From contig CM119265.1 in assembly GCA_051294375.1 (NCBI GenBank), positions 29,102,540 to 29,166,539 on the forward strand: a stretch of DNA of 64,000 bases. Direction: 5' to 3'. Positions 50,201 to 62,136 of the stretch are shown here, in pieces. The translations under genes were made by a program, and so were the position numbers. The notes below the pieces were generated by a model. It was not told where the DNA came from, searched no databases, and worked only from the letters and a program-made list of their open reading frames with translations. The DNA comes from Paraspadella gotoi. Lineage: Eukaryota > Animalia > Chaetognatha. Position 1 is the stretch's first letter. Each line of letters starts with the position of its first letter.

Positions 50201-53200
50201 TGCTAAAGGACTCTATAAAATTTGTTGAATGGGGCATTATCAAGTTTGCATTACCTTGGAAGGAGAGTCGGGCAAAAGCTGCTGAGGTCTTGGACGCCAG
50301 ATGCCAGTGCAAAATGGCACTCAAAAAGATTGAAAAAAGGTTGAAACTGTTCTGAGGAACAATGAGGAAGTTCAAAAACAGCTGTTTTTTGATACAAGTT
50401 GAGACCTTGTTAGGAAGGTGTATATTTCCATTGTTAAGAATCCTTTTGACAGACCCAAAGGAAAAACCCATTTGGGTTATGTCCTTAATCTGGTCCAAAG
50501 AGATGACAAACCTGGCAAGGTAATGAATATGCCATGATGCAAGGCAGAGACAGGAGCGAGTTTCTTTGAATTGCTGCAACTGTTGTCTGGCCCTACTGAT
50601 TTGGCAAAACAATCTTTGTTGGCGTTTTGATGAAGTTTCGTGAACATGAAATATGCAATGCATGGCTTGATGTTAAGGAATTTTTTTACCAAGTCAAGGT
50701 TGATCCCGAAGATAGAGATGCATTCCGTTTTTTGGTTTTGGCCTGACGGGGAATGAAAGAGATCCGCATTCTGTTCCATAACATATGGCTTGGTCTTTGG
50801 GTGCCAAACCAGCACCAACGAGCTGCCAAACTCTTGCTGTCTGCAAGAACATGCAACACCAAATAACAAAAGATAAATTTGATGTCACTACAGTTTAACA
50901 GATAAAGAAGAAGAATGTATGGTTGAATGCATCTCACTTCAAACCAAATGTTTGTCTCAAGGGAAACGCCAGCTCAATATGACCAGAGTTGACTAAGTTA
51001 CTTAGCAAGGTGGTTTTGAAGGCTGGAAAATTTGTGTCAGACAGTAAGAGAGTTGTTTTGGCTGGTTGGATCCCTCAATGCTTTTGCAAAACTCCATTGG
51101 CACATGATTGTATGAGCTCGTGGAAGGAAATGGCGCACGCAACAGAAATAAACGCCGGTCAGTACTATAGTGTTGATGTAACAACTTGATGATGTTTGAT
51201 GGTTAAGATAAAAGAGCAGATGTTTTATGAAGATTAGGGAGAAAAAGGTCAGCGACAAGGGTGACAGAACAGAGCTCTTTGTCGTCTCACTTCGTCTGAT
51301 CGGACGACTCGACTGGCCGAGGATTACAGAGCTGCTTCCCATCTTGACGCCATTAGGGCTTTGACTGCAACCTTTATTCTCATTGCTAGACAACAAGTAC
51401 AAAAGTTTTGTGCATAATAAACTTGGTTGGGAATGGAAGAATATATCTCTGAGGAAGAAACCAAAGCTGATTGAAAAAATGGCGAGAATGCATTATGTCA
51501 TCTTGAAAAGGTTAATGATTCCTCGTTGCTCTTCTAACTTCAAAGACATGAAAAGAAATCAGTTCCAGAGATTGCACATGTTTAGCGATGCGTCAATGGA
51601 AGGTTACGGGGTTGCTGCGTATGAACGATCGACAGATAATGAAGGAAATATATAAGTCACTCATTTTTTATAGGATAATAAGGCAATGAAGGTGATTCCA
51701 CTCAATCAAGATTACTACTGGTTTACATGGGTCTATCCAAGGAAAGAGTTAGTCGCTGCCCTTTCTTCTGGCGGAGAACTGCTGGATTTATTGTCGTCAA
51801 GTTGATTAATTTGCCTAGCTGGATCAAAACATCAACTTCTTGGTCGACTCTACCTGTGGTCTTGACAAATAAGAAATGAAAATGCTCCATTAAAGAACAA
51901 TTTGTTGCTAAATCGAACGGCCTGTCGCTTAAAGTAAAATCTTGCTAAGGTCGATCACTAAAAGGTATGAACAATTGGACGCATACCATGCCAACAAGAA
52001 CAAAACGCCAGCTGACTCGTGTTCAACTGAGGCATTGGTTTGCTGCGAAGATGATCAGGATGCGCGTTGGAATTTCTTACTCCAAATGGTGGTCCTAACG
52101 TATATTGGTAATGTTATGAAAATGATGGCTATGTAGGGATGTGCGATATAGACGACAGATTACGAGAGCAGCACTCAGTCCCTGGCACCCCGGAGCGCGC
52201 CGGACTTCACCTGACTGTCTCTGCAGCTCCAATTCAGCGTCTCTAAACAGTATACAAAGAACTTAGTATCTTGAGTGAATTACTGAGTCGGACGCACAAC
52301 ATTTCGTCCCTTGGGGATCACAAATCATAAAGAAGCTTGCCATATTCAGAGCGTGCATTTATCCAACTAAAAGGAAAATTATTTCTTCACTTTCTGAATA
52401 CCAAAATGAGGAGCTCAACGTTATAAACTTCTTCAGAAAAAGCAATTTCCATACCGCGAGTATGTAGTTTCCTTTTAAGAAAATCTAATGTTGTAAAGGT
52501 CGCAGTCAAGACGCAAATGCCAATAAGCATCAATGGGATGAAATGTCTTGGAACAAAAACAAAAAGGAACTTTGGTGGGTATTGCTTCTCCATTACATAG
52601 CATTGATCCTTTTTTTGGAGATGAAAATGGCTTATCCGAGTAGGTGGGTCGTGTGTCTAGATTCACAAGAGGCAGATTTGACGATTCACAGATCCAAAGC
52701 AATGCCCAGCCATTCTTTCAAATGACAAAGTTGTCCACTTTGGATTCGATAACACTCATGATTCTCTTGCCCATGGTGGTACTTAGAGCAGAATTTGCTG
52801 ACGATTAAGACATACGTTTGTGGATCATACAAAGGACGGGCAACTTGTAAAAAAAAGTTTTTATCTTGTTGCATTCCATGTAAGAAGCATCATGGTCGTC
52901 CATTTAGAAAAAAAAATGGCTCCTTTACCTAGTCGTTCGCACTTCAAATTAGGCTACCCATTGTGAAAGCCAAGGAGTTGATACAATTTGGTCCATTTTT
53001 CCCATTAAATGTCTGAAGAATAACATAAAAACATTGGTGCTTATCTTTATATTTACATGTTTTACTGAGTAAGGAGGCTGTGCATTTAGAGGTAATAATG
53101 GAGCTCTCTACTGCAGCATTCAATAAATGCTGCTCGATCGGATTCGTGCCCGCCGACCTGGAGTAACATATCCATGTACGTCTGACAATGGCACCAACTT

Positions 53201-54020
53201 TGTTGGGGCACACAGACTTCTTAAGGCAATCATGAATGGAACTCTGATCGCACAAGTCCATGCTTCCATGACCGATCCAACATTGAATGGCACTTCGAAA
53301 TCCTGCCCTCATCTCTCAATCTGGGGAAGGTGTTTGGCAGGTTGGTCAGAACCAGTCAAACAAGCTCTTCATTTTATTCTTGACAAAAGAGAAAATTAAA
53401 TCTGATACCTTCCTCACGCTGTAACAGTTTGCCGAAGGCATAGTTAACCGGCGCCCACTGAACACCCCGGCCCTTCAGAGTTCAAATTGAGCTAACGATC
53501 GTTGAGGCTTAACGCCCGATCATGGATTTCTCAAATCTGGTTGATACAACAAGGACCTGCGTTGGCCGGCACCTCTGATTCATCCCTCCCACGACGGCAG
53601 AATCACGTTTTTTCGTGATGCTGGAAGCAGAAGCCCGCCAATTGGCCGAAGAATTTTGGCGCCGATGGCAGCGCGATCATTCGCTGCGCAATCTCGAATG
53701 ACCTGAGAAAGTACCCGCAGAAATCTCAAAAGGGCGATTTGGTGCTCAGTCACACAATGCTGGTTACGTCGGGCACAAATGGTCCTACTGGCCGTCGTTG
53801 ACGACGACTTTTCCGACAAGTATGACCCAGCCAGCTTGTACTCGGGTCTTGGTCCCGTACGGGCGAATGGGGAAAACTTTTCTCCGCGATCGCCTTCCTG
53901 CGTTGTACTACTTGAAGCGCTGCTTTCTCCTGCAGAATGGGGGTAATCTGACCTCCTTTCCTGTCTATGCATACATGGGACATATTCGCATGTTCCTTCC
54001 AATTGAAGTGGATGAAATAG
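47300..54020 (+). pseudogene. Frameshifted BEL/Pao gag-pol polyprotein (boundaries approximate)
   Basis: Cys-His knuckles (LCFRCLNKHKISDC; CKTCNSKHNTVL) ~49160-49355. Protease ALLDTG 49558-49575. RT segments DVKEFF/YQVKVDPEDRDAFRF ~50670-50735 and FG/AKPAP ~50800 (across frameshifts). Pao RNase H LHMFSDASMEGYGVAAY from 51572. Integrase SDNGTNFVGA 53181-53210 and GIVNRRPL 53437-53460. C-terminal EFWRRW 53651-53668. Frequent indels break the frame. Confidence 0.9.
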
Positions 54021-54233
54021 AAACTGAACATTTCTTAAAAATTTTGGTTTATCCACTATTTTGTACAGATTTATGTCCTCTGATTTACACAAGTAGTCGT
54101 ACCTTTACTTGATGTATCTTACTGTTGATTTAAAATTGTTTATCGAAATTTAGTTATCATTTTAAGACGTATATAATATTTAATTGCCTCTATCTATAAA
54201 TTTAATTTTTATATCTGTCGATAGATGGGGGAT

Positions 54234-54802
54234 TGTTTAGAATTTTTAATTTGGTTACGAAGTAGTCTCTCGGTTGTTTGATGCCCTTTTTATTTATGAA
54301 TTCGTATTTTTGTTGCTTACGAAGTATCTTAAGATTGATTCAAGTATTTTAAACGTCGCTCTCTGACGTTGTAGATCCTTATGATTGTGCTTCAACCCAA
54401 ATGAATATAAAAGAGATGTGCCTTACCTAAAACTAAGGAGGAAAGTTTACCCAATGATTCGTAGACAGTCGGGTAAGCCATTTTAAAATATGATTTTTGG
54501 TAATTTTATGGTTAAGCTTAAAGTTTGACTTACTTTTTTATAAGTTTCTTATTTTTTTGTATTTTAGAAATAGTCTCCTTTCGACTGTGCTTTCGTCTCC
54601 CTATCGACTTGCTTTATGTCTGCCTTCGACTATGCTTTAATGTCTCCTTTCTACTTGCTTCACGTTCTCACGCTCGATGTTATGTTCTACTACAATAAAT
54701 ATTTACTAGAATTTACTCATATCTTCGAATCTTTTAAATAAATGCAAGTCAGAAAACCGACGTAGCTCGCCGCGCTCACGGCGTTACGGGTACAAATCCT
54801 CA
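54234..54802 (+). repeat. 3' LTR
   Basis: Starts TGTT after the polypurine tract; ends CCTCA before the TSD. Confidence 0.88.
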
Positions 54803-54899
54803 AAGGAAAATATTTCACAAACTTGGACATTGATGTTAGTTTCTGAGGTTGGAAGTTGGAACGAACTGCCTCGTTTCTTCTCTCATCCTCACTGACTGA

Positions 54900-55330
54900 G
54901 GGGACTACCTCTTCTGATTGTCAAGACGAAGCCACTCTCTGATTGGTCAAGACAGTAAGCCACCATTCTCTGATGTGGTCAAAGACAGCAAGCCCCTCTC
55001 CGGATTTGGTCAGAGACAGAAGCCACCTCTCTTGATTGTTCTCAGACAGAAGCCTCTTCCTGTGATTGGTCAAGACAGAAGCCATCCTCTCTGAGTGGTC
55101 ACAGACAGACAGCCCAACCTCTCAGTGCATTCGATGCGAAGACAGTAGTGACCGCACCGTAAGTTGGATCAGCAGAAGACCCCGTCTCTCTGATTCGATA
55201 TGCAGACAGGAAGCCTCCTCTCTGATTGATCAAGACAGAAGTCCTCCCTCTCTGTGTCAGACTGGTCTCTGGGTCAAGACAGAAGCCTCTTCTCTGATTG
55301 GTCAAGACAGAAGGCTTGCGACCATCTCAT
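54900..55330. repeat. ~28-bp minisatellite (TCTGATTGGTCAAGACAGAAGCCACCTC)n, ~14 degenerate copies
   Basis: Read directly; many units carry an inverted CCAAT (ATTGG). Confidence 0.85.
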
Positions 55331-56074
55331 GATGTTTGCAAGATGAAAACATGCGGCAGAAACGTTAAGCAAGACAAGCTATATGATCAATTCATTTCCT
55401 GCGTTTCTACAATAGATCATATATATTATTATATATTATATTATATATTATATTATATATACTATAAACTATAGATTTTATAATAGATTTCTCCACGCTT
55501 TCCTATTTAGGTTACGAACATATTTTCCAAAAATGTCATTTTTAAGCTTAATTTCTAAATTAAGTTAGTTTTTAAATTTAATAATTATAGTAGGGCGTTG
55601 AAATAGAGTTAGCTTAATGATTAGAGAAAAAGCTATGGTTAAGTTAGGGTTAAAAATTCGGTAAAAGATTTGGATTTAAAACATTTCGATTAAAATGAAG
55701 AAGTACAAGGATTGGGAACAGACACGCGGGTTCGCGTTTGTCAAATAGTGCCACTATTACCTAATCCTTTTCAATTTTTCCTTTTTAATTAATTCTTTCA
55801 CTTTTTTTAATATCTGTTTTTTTCTTCTTTTTTTTCCACCTTCGGAAGTCCGATTCCAAAAAAACTCAAGGCTGCCATTTTCTTGATTGAGTCTCTCTCT
55901 CTCTCTCTTTCTCTGTCTCTCTCTCTCTCTCCCTCTCTCTCTCTCTCTCTCGCTTCTTTGCTTGTTTGCTTGGTGGACTGTTTGCTGAGTTGATGGTTGA
56001 CTCGTTTGCAAACTGTTCTTCCAGTGGATGACGTAATTTAATCAATTTAACAAATTGAAAATTAGTAAAATGAA

Positions 56075-56439
56075 TAGCATTTAAGTAAGCACACAGGGAT
56101 TTCGATATGAAATCTAAGTGGAATTTATTTGTAGAATAACAAGCAAGAAGACGGTGTCAATTTTGGACAGAATACTCACATACAAAATCAACAGCTATTT
56201 ATACAGTGCAAGTGGATTAGAGACGTGGGTAAAATTTACAGCCCATTCGCTTATTGGCCGATGCCATTTGGCTCTCGACCAATCAGAGAGCTTGATTTCA
56301 TTTTTGGTGATTTCTTCCCGAGTCTTTGATCCGGTTCCATTCGATTCCACCTTTTGAGTTTCTGTTTCTCCTGTAATGATAGAAAACAAAACAATTGCAA
56401 ATTTTAAAATCCACAAAAATATACGTATGTAAACCAGTC

Positions 56440-56514
<75 letters not shown>

Positions 56515-57581
56515 AAAAAGGAATGAAATTTGACCTTAATAGAAACAATTTATTTTCGAATTTTCCCCAATGAATCCGTTAGCTCTCAATTTTGTTCCGC
56601 CATTTTTTAAATTATTTTATTTCTCTTTTTTATTTCCTTTATTTAATTGTTTCTTCACTTTTTTCTTTCTTTTTTCTTAATTTTTCTTTTTTTTCTTCTT
56701 TCTTTTTTTTTCTTTTTTTTAAATTTTTTTTTCTTTCATTTTTCTTCCTAATTCCATTTTTCAAAACTGAAAACTGGGCTTGGAAGAGGCATCCCACACA
56801 CCTGGACAAGAAATCCAGGACTTGACTGTGAGAATTGAGAAAGTCCCTCAATATTATTCTCTGAAAGAAGGAATAAGACCTTAACCCGAATGTAGCAAAC
56901 CAGAGAGTTTATTTATTAAATTAAATTAAATAGTTTATATTAAACGAATGTACTTTTTTTATTGAGTGATTGAATTGGTTCGATTTTGAAGCAAAAAAGA
57001 AAAACACCTGATAAATAGCAACAAAAAATCTCATTTAACAAATTTATTGCTTGTTTACTTTGTGCCTTTCTCTCTTTTTCCCTGTTGCATTTTTTCTTTT
57101 TCTTTTATTCTATTTTTAACCGGATCTGCTGTAAGCAGATCCCGGCTCTATAATTCAATTTGTCGGTCCGCGGTCCGACCGCTAAATATTGCCCGTAAAT
57201 CATTTAGACCTTAGCATTTAATGTAAGCACACAGGGATTTCGATATGAAATCTAAGTGGAATTTATTTGTAGAATAACAAGCAAGAAGACAGGTGTCATT
57301 TTGGACAGAATACTCACATACAAATCAACAGCTATTTATACAGTGCAAAGTGGATTAGAGACGTGGTAAAATTTACAGCCCATTCGCTTATTGGCCGATG
57401 CCATTTGGCTCCTCGACCAATCAGAGAGCTTGATTTCATTTTTTGGTGATTTCTACCGAGTCTTTGATCCGGTTCCATTCGATTCCACCTTTTGAGTTAT
57501 CTGTTTTCCTGTAATGATAGAAAACAAAAACAATTGCAAATTTTAAAATCCACAAAAATATACGTATGTAAACCAGTCATA

Positions 57582-57623
<42 letters not shown>

Positions 57624-58316
57624 ACAAAAAGGAAGAAATTTGACCTTAATAGAAACAATTTTATTTTTCGAATTTTCACCCAATGAATCCGTTAGCTCTC
57701 AATTTTGTTCCGCATTTTTTAAATTATTTTATTTCTCTTTTTTATTTCCTTTATTTAATTGTTTCTTCACTTTTTTCTTTCTTTTTTCTTAATTTTTCTT
57801 TTTTTTTCTTCTTTCTTTTTTTTTCTTTCTTTTTTAAAATTTTTTTTTCTTTCATTTTTCTTCTATATTCCATTTTTCAAAACTGAAAAACTGGGCTTGG
57901 AAGAGGCATCCCACACACCTGGACAAGAAATCCAGGACTTGACTGTGAGAATTGAGAAGTCCCTCAATATTATTTTCTGAAAGAAGGAATAAGACTTACC
58001 GAATGTACGCAAACCAGAGAGTTATTTTATTAAATTAAATTAAATAGTTTATATTAAACGAATGTACTTTCTTTTTTTGAGTGATTGAATGGTTCGATTT
58101 GAAGCAAAAAAGAAAACACCTGAAAATAGCAACAAAAAATCTCAATTTAACAAATTTATTGCTTGTTTACTTGTGCCTTTCTCTCTTTTTCCTGTTGCAT
58201 TTTTTCTTTTCTTTATTCTAATTTTTAACCGGATCTGCTGTAAGCAGATCCCGCTCTATAATTCAATTTTTCGGTCGCGGTCCGACCGCTAAATATTGCC
58301 GTAAATCATTTAGACC
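56075..58316 (+). repeat. Two tandem copies of a ~1.13-kb unit (56075-57211, 57212-58316)
   Basis: Both start tagcatttaa..gtaagcacacagggatttcgatatg and end gtaaatcatttagacc. Confidence 0.92.
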
Positions 58317-58338
58317 ATCTTAGAATGCTTTTGATGAA

Positions 58339-58373
58339 CTGATGAAGGCCTTGAATGAAAGCCGAAACTTGTC
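58339..58373 (+). ncRNA. Minimal type-I hammerhead ribozyme motif (Penelope-type), copy 1
   Basis: CTGATGA-A-GGC(C)TT-gaatga-AAGCC-GAAAC-TT-GTC followed by AATAAA. Core boxes and stem II are present; stem I is weak. Confidence 0.55.
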
Positions 58374-58487
58374 TGAACAATAAAAATAAAATCGTTGATG
58401 TATCAAGACTTTGTCATTTAAATTTCAAAATAAATGATGCAANNNNNNNNNNNNNNNNNNNNNNNNNACTTAAATGCTTTTGATGAA

Positions 58488-58521
58488 CTGATGAAGGCTT
58501 GAATGAAAGCCGAAACTTGTC
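58488..58521 (+). ncRNA. Minimal hammerhead ribozyme motif, copy 2 (across a 25-N gap)
   Basis: CTGATGAAGGCTTGAATGAAAGCCGAAACTTGTC, with a perfect 5-bp stem II GGCTT/AAGCC. Confidence 0.55.
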
Positions 58522-58601
58522 TGAACAATAAAAATAAAATCGTTGATGTATCAAGACTTTGTCATTTAATTTCAAAGATAAATATGGCAAAAAAAAAAAA
58601 A

Positions 58602-58820
58602 GTCCGTGCGTGACTGTTTGTCCTGGAAAAAAAAAAAAAAGGTCCGTGCGTCTGTTTGTCTGACTGTCCGTCCGTCCGACCGTCCGTCCCCCCTTACTAA
58701 TTACTCACGAGAGGAGTGGGCGATTGACCTGAAATTTTGTGTGTGGGTTGTAAACCAAGTTATTAAGCGGGAAATTAAGTTTCGATGGAATCAATCAATT
58801 GGAAATGAGTTTAAGTGAAA
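58602..58820 (+). mobile_element. HINE/DINE-1-like core with GTCY microsatellite
   Basis: gtccgtccgtcc tract, then aattactc...gggcgattgacctgaaattttgtgtgtggg...aagtttcgatggaatc. Homologous to 12150-12200 and 12945-13060. Confidence 0.55.
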
Positions 58821-61800
58821 AAAAATTACGCTTAACTATCTATAAATAGTTGGGACAATTAGCACATTGAAAAAAATATAAATTATAAATATTATTAGTA
58901 AATTGTATTGAATAAAAAAGAAATTTTCCAAATAATCTTGACTTATCATCTGATTCGCTTCTTACAACTAAATTCCCGCTTGAAGATCCGACATTTTTTG
59001 CTCTAATATTTTTTGTCCTAAATTTCGACTTTGGATTTTTTTTTCATCTCGAAGGAATTTTTGTTTACCTCATTTTTGAATTTTTCTCTGCGAATCAAAT
59101 CGACGTCTGTTTCTTTTCTTCCCCTCTCTCTCTCTCTCNNNNNNNNNNNNNNNNNNNNNNNNNCATAGATGTTCTGAGAAGGCTCATTGAAAGGCGGTAC
59201 CCTTCAATTCAGAGAGACTTGGAAAAGATATCATCATAAGTTGAACATGTGCGACAAAAATAGAAAAATTTTTTATTAACTCTGCTGGTTTTGCTGTTTT
59301 GTTTCTTTTCTAAAGGACATCGTCTGCAGATGGAATCACCCTTTTCAGCAATCAACAGCAGCATCAAATGACGGACTGACTTTCTCTGTAAGTTTGGACG
59401 CCATCCAGGCAACTGTGGATAAACGAAGGATCAGCCAATCTGCCAGCATCTGAAGGACCCAGGAGCTGTTTGGCGGAAGAGCTTGAGCAGAAGGAGCAGG
59501 TCAGAAATGGAGCAGGGAGTCTGAAGAGTATGTCATCGTCTCTGCCTGACTGCTAAATCCAATGCTGCAGAGAAGAGCATCGCTCTGTCAAGCATTGTGA
59601 GTCATGAATCATCTATGATTTAATTGCCCTTTGTTTTATATCTAAAATTCTGTGCCCTACGAGTTCTTCAGTTGCAGAGATTCAACAGAAGCTGTTCAAG
59701 GTGGTTATGCGGCGTGCGACATATGCAACGAGAACTGCTTGGCAAGAAATGTATGTAGAACCTGTAAGTCCAGACCAACACCACACTTTACTCCATCTAT
59801 GGTGCCTCTAGTGGGTGGACTGCGGCCGGAGTTACAACCCATCCTGACCCATTTTGTCTGCCTTAGTCACCCTTGGATAGGAGAAGCCAACTTGTTAGGC
59901 AAACCCGGCGTGCCAGGCCGCGACTTTGGTACCCCACCTTCTGGAAGAGTGGCCGAAATGGTCAAAGAAAAGATTGACACGGTTCTGGCAGCCTTAGATT
60001 CAGTTCTGGGGTTGGTCTGGTGTTGCTATCGTGCCTTGCCTTCCCCTGGGCTGGTATCTGCTAATGTAGGGGGATTTTCCAGGCAGCATGGCCTTGAAGT
60101 ATTTCCCTGCAAATGAACCGATGAAGTCAGAAGCGAGAGCTGCAAAGCTCTAATGGAAGATCCTCAGTGCCCAGATCGACAACAGAAGGAACCAAATCAA
60201 AACTTAAGGAATGACTAGAAAGGCTGACCAACGAAATGACTAAGAAATGACAGACTGACTGACACAACATTACCCAGTCAGCAACCACCAAAGGCACTTG
60301 TAAGAATTGTTTGAAAGACTTCCGCTCTGACAAGATAAAAACAAACGCACAGGTTAAGAATTTTTGTGAGTCGGAAGAGAACCTCCGCTGGTCAACAGAA
60401 GGAGGGCGGAGAGGCTTCATCCATGAGGGTTGCCTGTGACGGCGGCGGAGTTTTTCTTTCGCCTCCCTTCGGAAAATCCTCCTTTAGTGGAGGTCCGCCC
60501 CGACGACCGCTTCCGTAAGTTTTAAGGTTTATTTTACTTGATTTGCAGCATCTAAATTCTATTAGTTTATTCCGCTTACTTAGTTTTTGTTCTTCTCTGA
60601 AGTTTGACCCATTAATTCCTATACAGGCCCATTTGAAAAAAAATTATTCTAATATTTATTTAGAACCCGAATTTTAAGATTTTTACTTTTGATTCTGAAC
60701 TAACTTGTCTTTTATACAACCAGTGACACGAACGAATCCAGGAACCCTCGCCACCGAAACTTTTACTGGATTTTTAGGCATTCAACATTCTCGACTTGAA
60801 TGGCGATGGAGAAATCTTTTTCTTTATTTGACATTTAAATTTTTAGCTCGTGGATGCACGGGAAAGTTTCCTATATTTTTCTTTAAACGTGACGGGCGGA
60901 CAAATTTTGTTTTTAAAGGCCCGATTTGTATTAGAATTTGGCCATGCCCTTTCTTAATTCTTCAATTAATTCATTTCCTTAACGTTCAATTTACCAACCG
61001 TTTAAATTTTTGCCCATTTTTAACCCCATATGGTTGCAGGCCTAAGCTTTTTTCTGTATCTTATCTTATTCTCATATTTTTTAGGAAATGTTCCGGACTA
61101 ATTGAGCCAGTTTTTTTTGTTTATTTTTATTTGGCATGAGTTATTGCGTGGAAGGGCCAATGGAAGATACGCAATGTGTGAAATGAATCCTTTTATTTGA
61201 ATATGTAACATGTATTTATTCAGGTGACGAGGTACACTTTTATTGAGAAATGTAGTCCTTTTCTCCAATTTAGGTTCATGAAACTTATTTTTGAAATTGA
61301 TTAATCTTTTTTAGTTCAGGTTTTGAGATATATTTGAGGTTTCGATTAAGTTCTCTTTCTAAGGCCGGTCTCGGACGTAGGTCCAGTGGACCGAGGAGCC
61401 TTCCCTACCGGCGCCCTGATTTCGAAGGCTCGAATGGAGGGGTGTATGCGCTTCGCGGGGGCAACGCGGGGCGTCGCGTAAGGGCATGACAGTGCTCAAC
61501 GTTTCGACGCAGAGATTTCGATCCGAGTGCCAAAGTTTCCTGACTTTCGCCGACGGAACGGTCGCGGACGGAGACACAACGATCTATATGAAGAAGAAGC
61601 AACATATCGGCGTATATTTTTAACGTTTGAAATTTAAGAAAAGTCAGAGGCAGTTGCCTCGTTAGCCGCTGACGTCGTAACGTTTTCACGTTTGATTTTA
61701 AGGGTGTTGCTTTAAGGTGTTTTTTAAAGTGGTCTTTTAAACGTTTTTAACTGGGGAACTGTTTTTATACATCCGTCGCCCAATTATTTCAATATCAATA

Positions 61801-61874
61801 AACATTTCAAACATCGTGAATTCTCTGTCGTCCGTTCTCATAAAGTCAAAAAATAGAGCAGCTCAAACAAACAG

Positions 61875-62101
61875 ATTTGGATGTAGAAACATTTCGATTA
61901 AAATGAAATAACAAGGATATGCGAACAGAAAACGGGTCGCGCTTTTGTCAAATAGTGCCACGTATCTACTTAATCCTTTTCAATTTCTTCCCTTTTTACT
62001 TAATTCTTTCCTTTTTTAATATCTGTTTTTTCTTCCTTTTTTTTCCACCTTCGGCCAAGTCCGATTCCAAAAAAACTCAAGGCTGCCATTTTTTGATTGA
62101 G

Positions 62102-62136
<35 letters not shown>

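Larger units (their letters stand above)
46099..54802 (+). mobile_element. Full-length BEL/Pao LTR retrotransposon (~8.7 kb)
   Basis: TG...CA LTR pair. AAGGAA on both flanks (46093-46098, 54803-54808) as TSD. Purine tract AGATGGGGGA before the 3' LTR. Domain order gag-PR-RT-RH-IN with Pao-type motifs. Confidence 0.93.
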
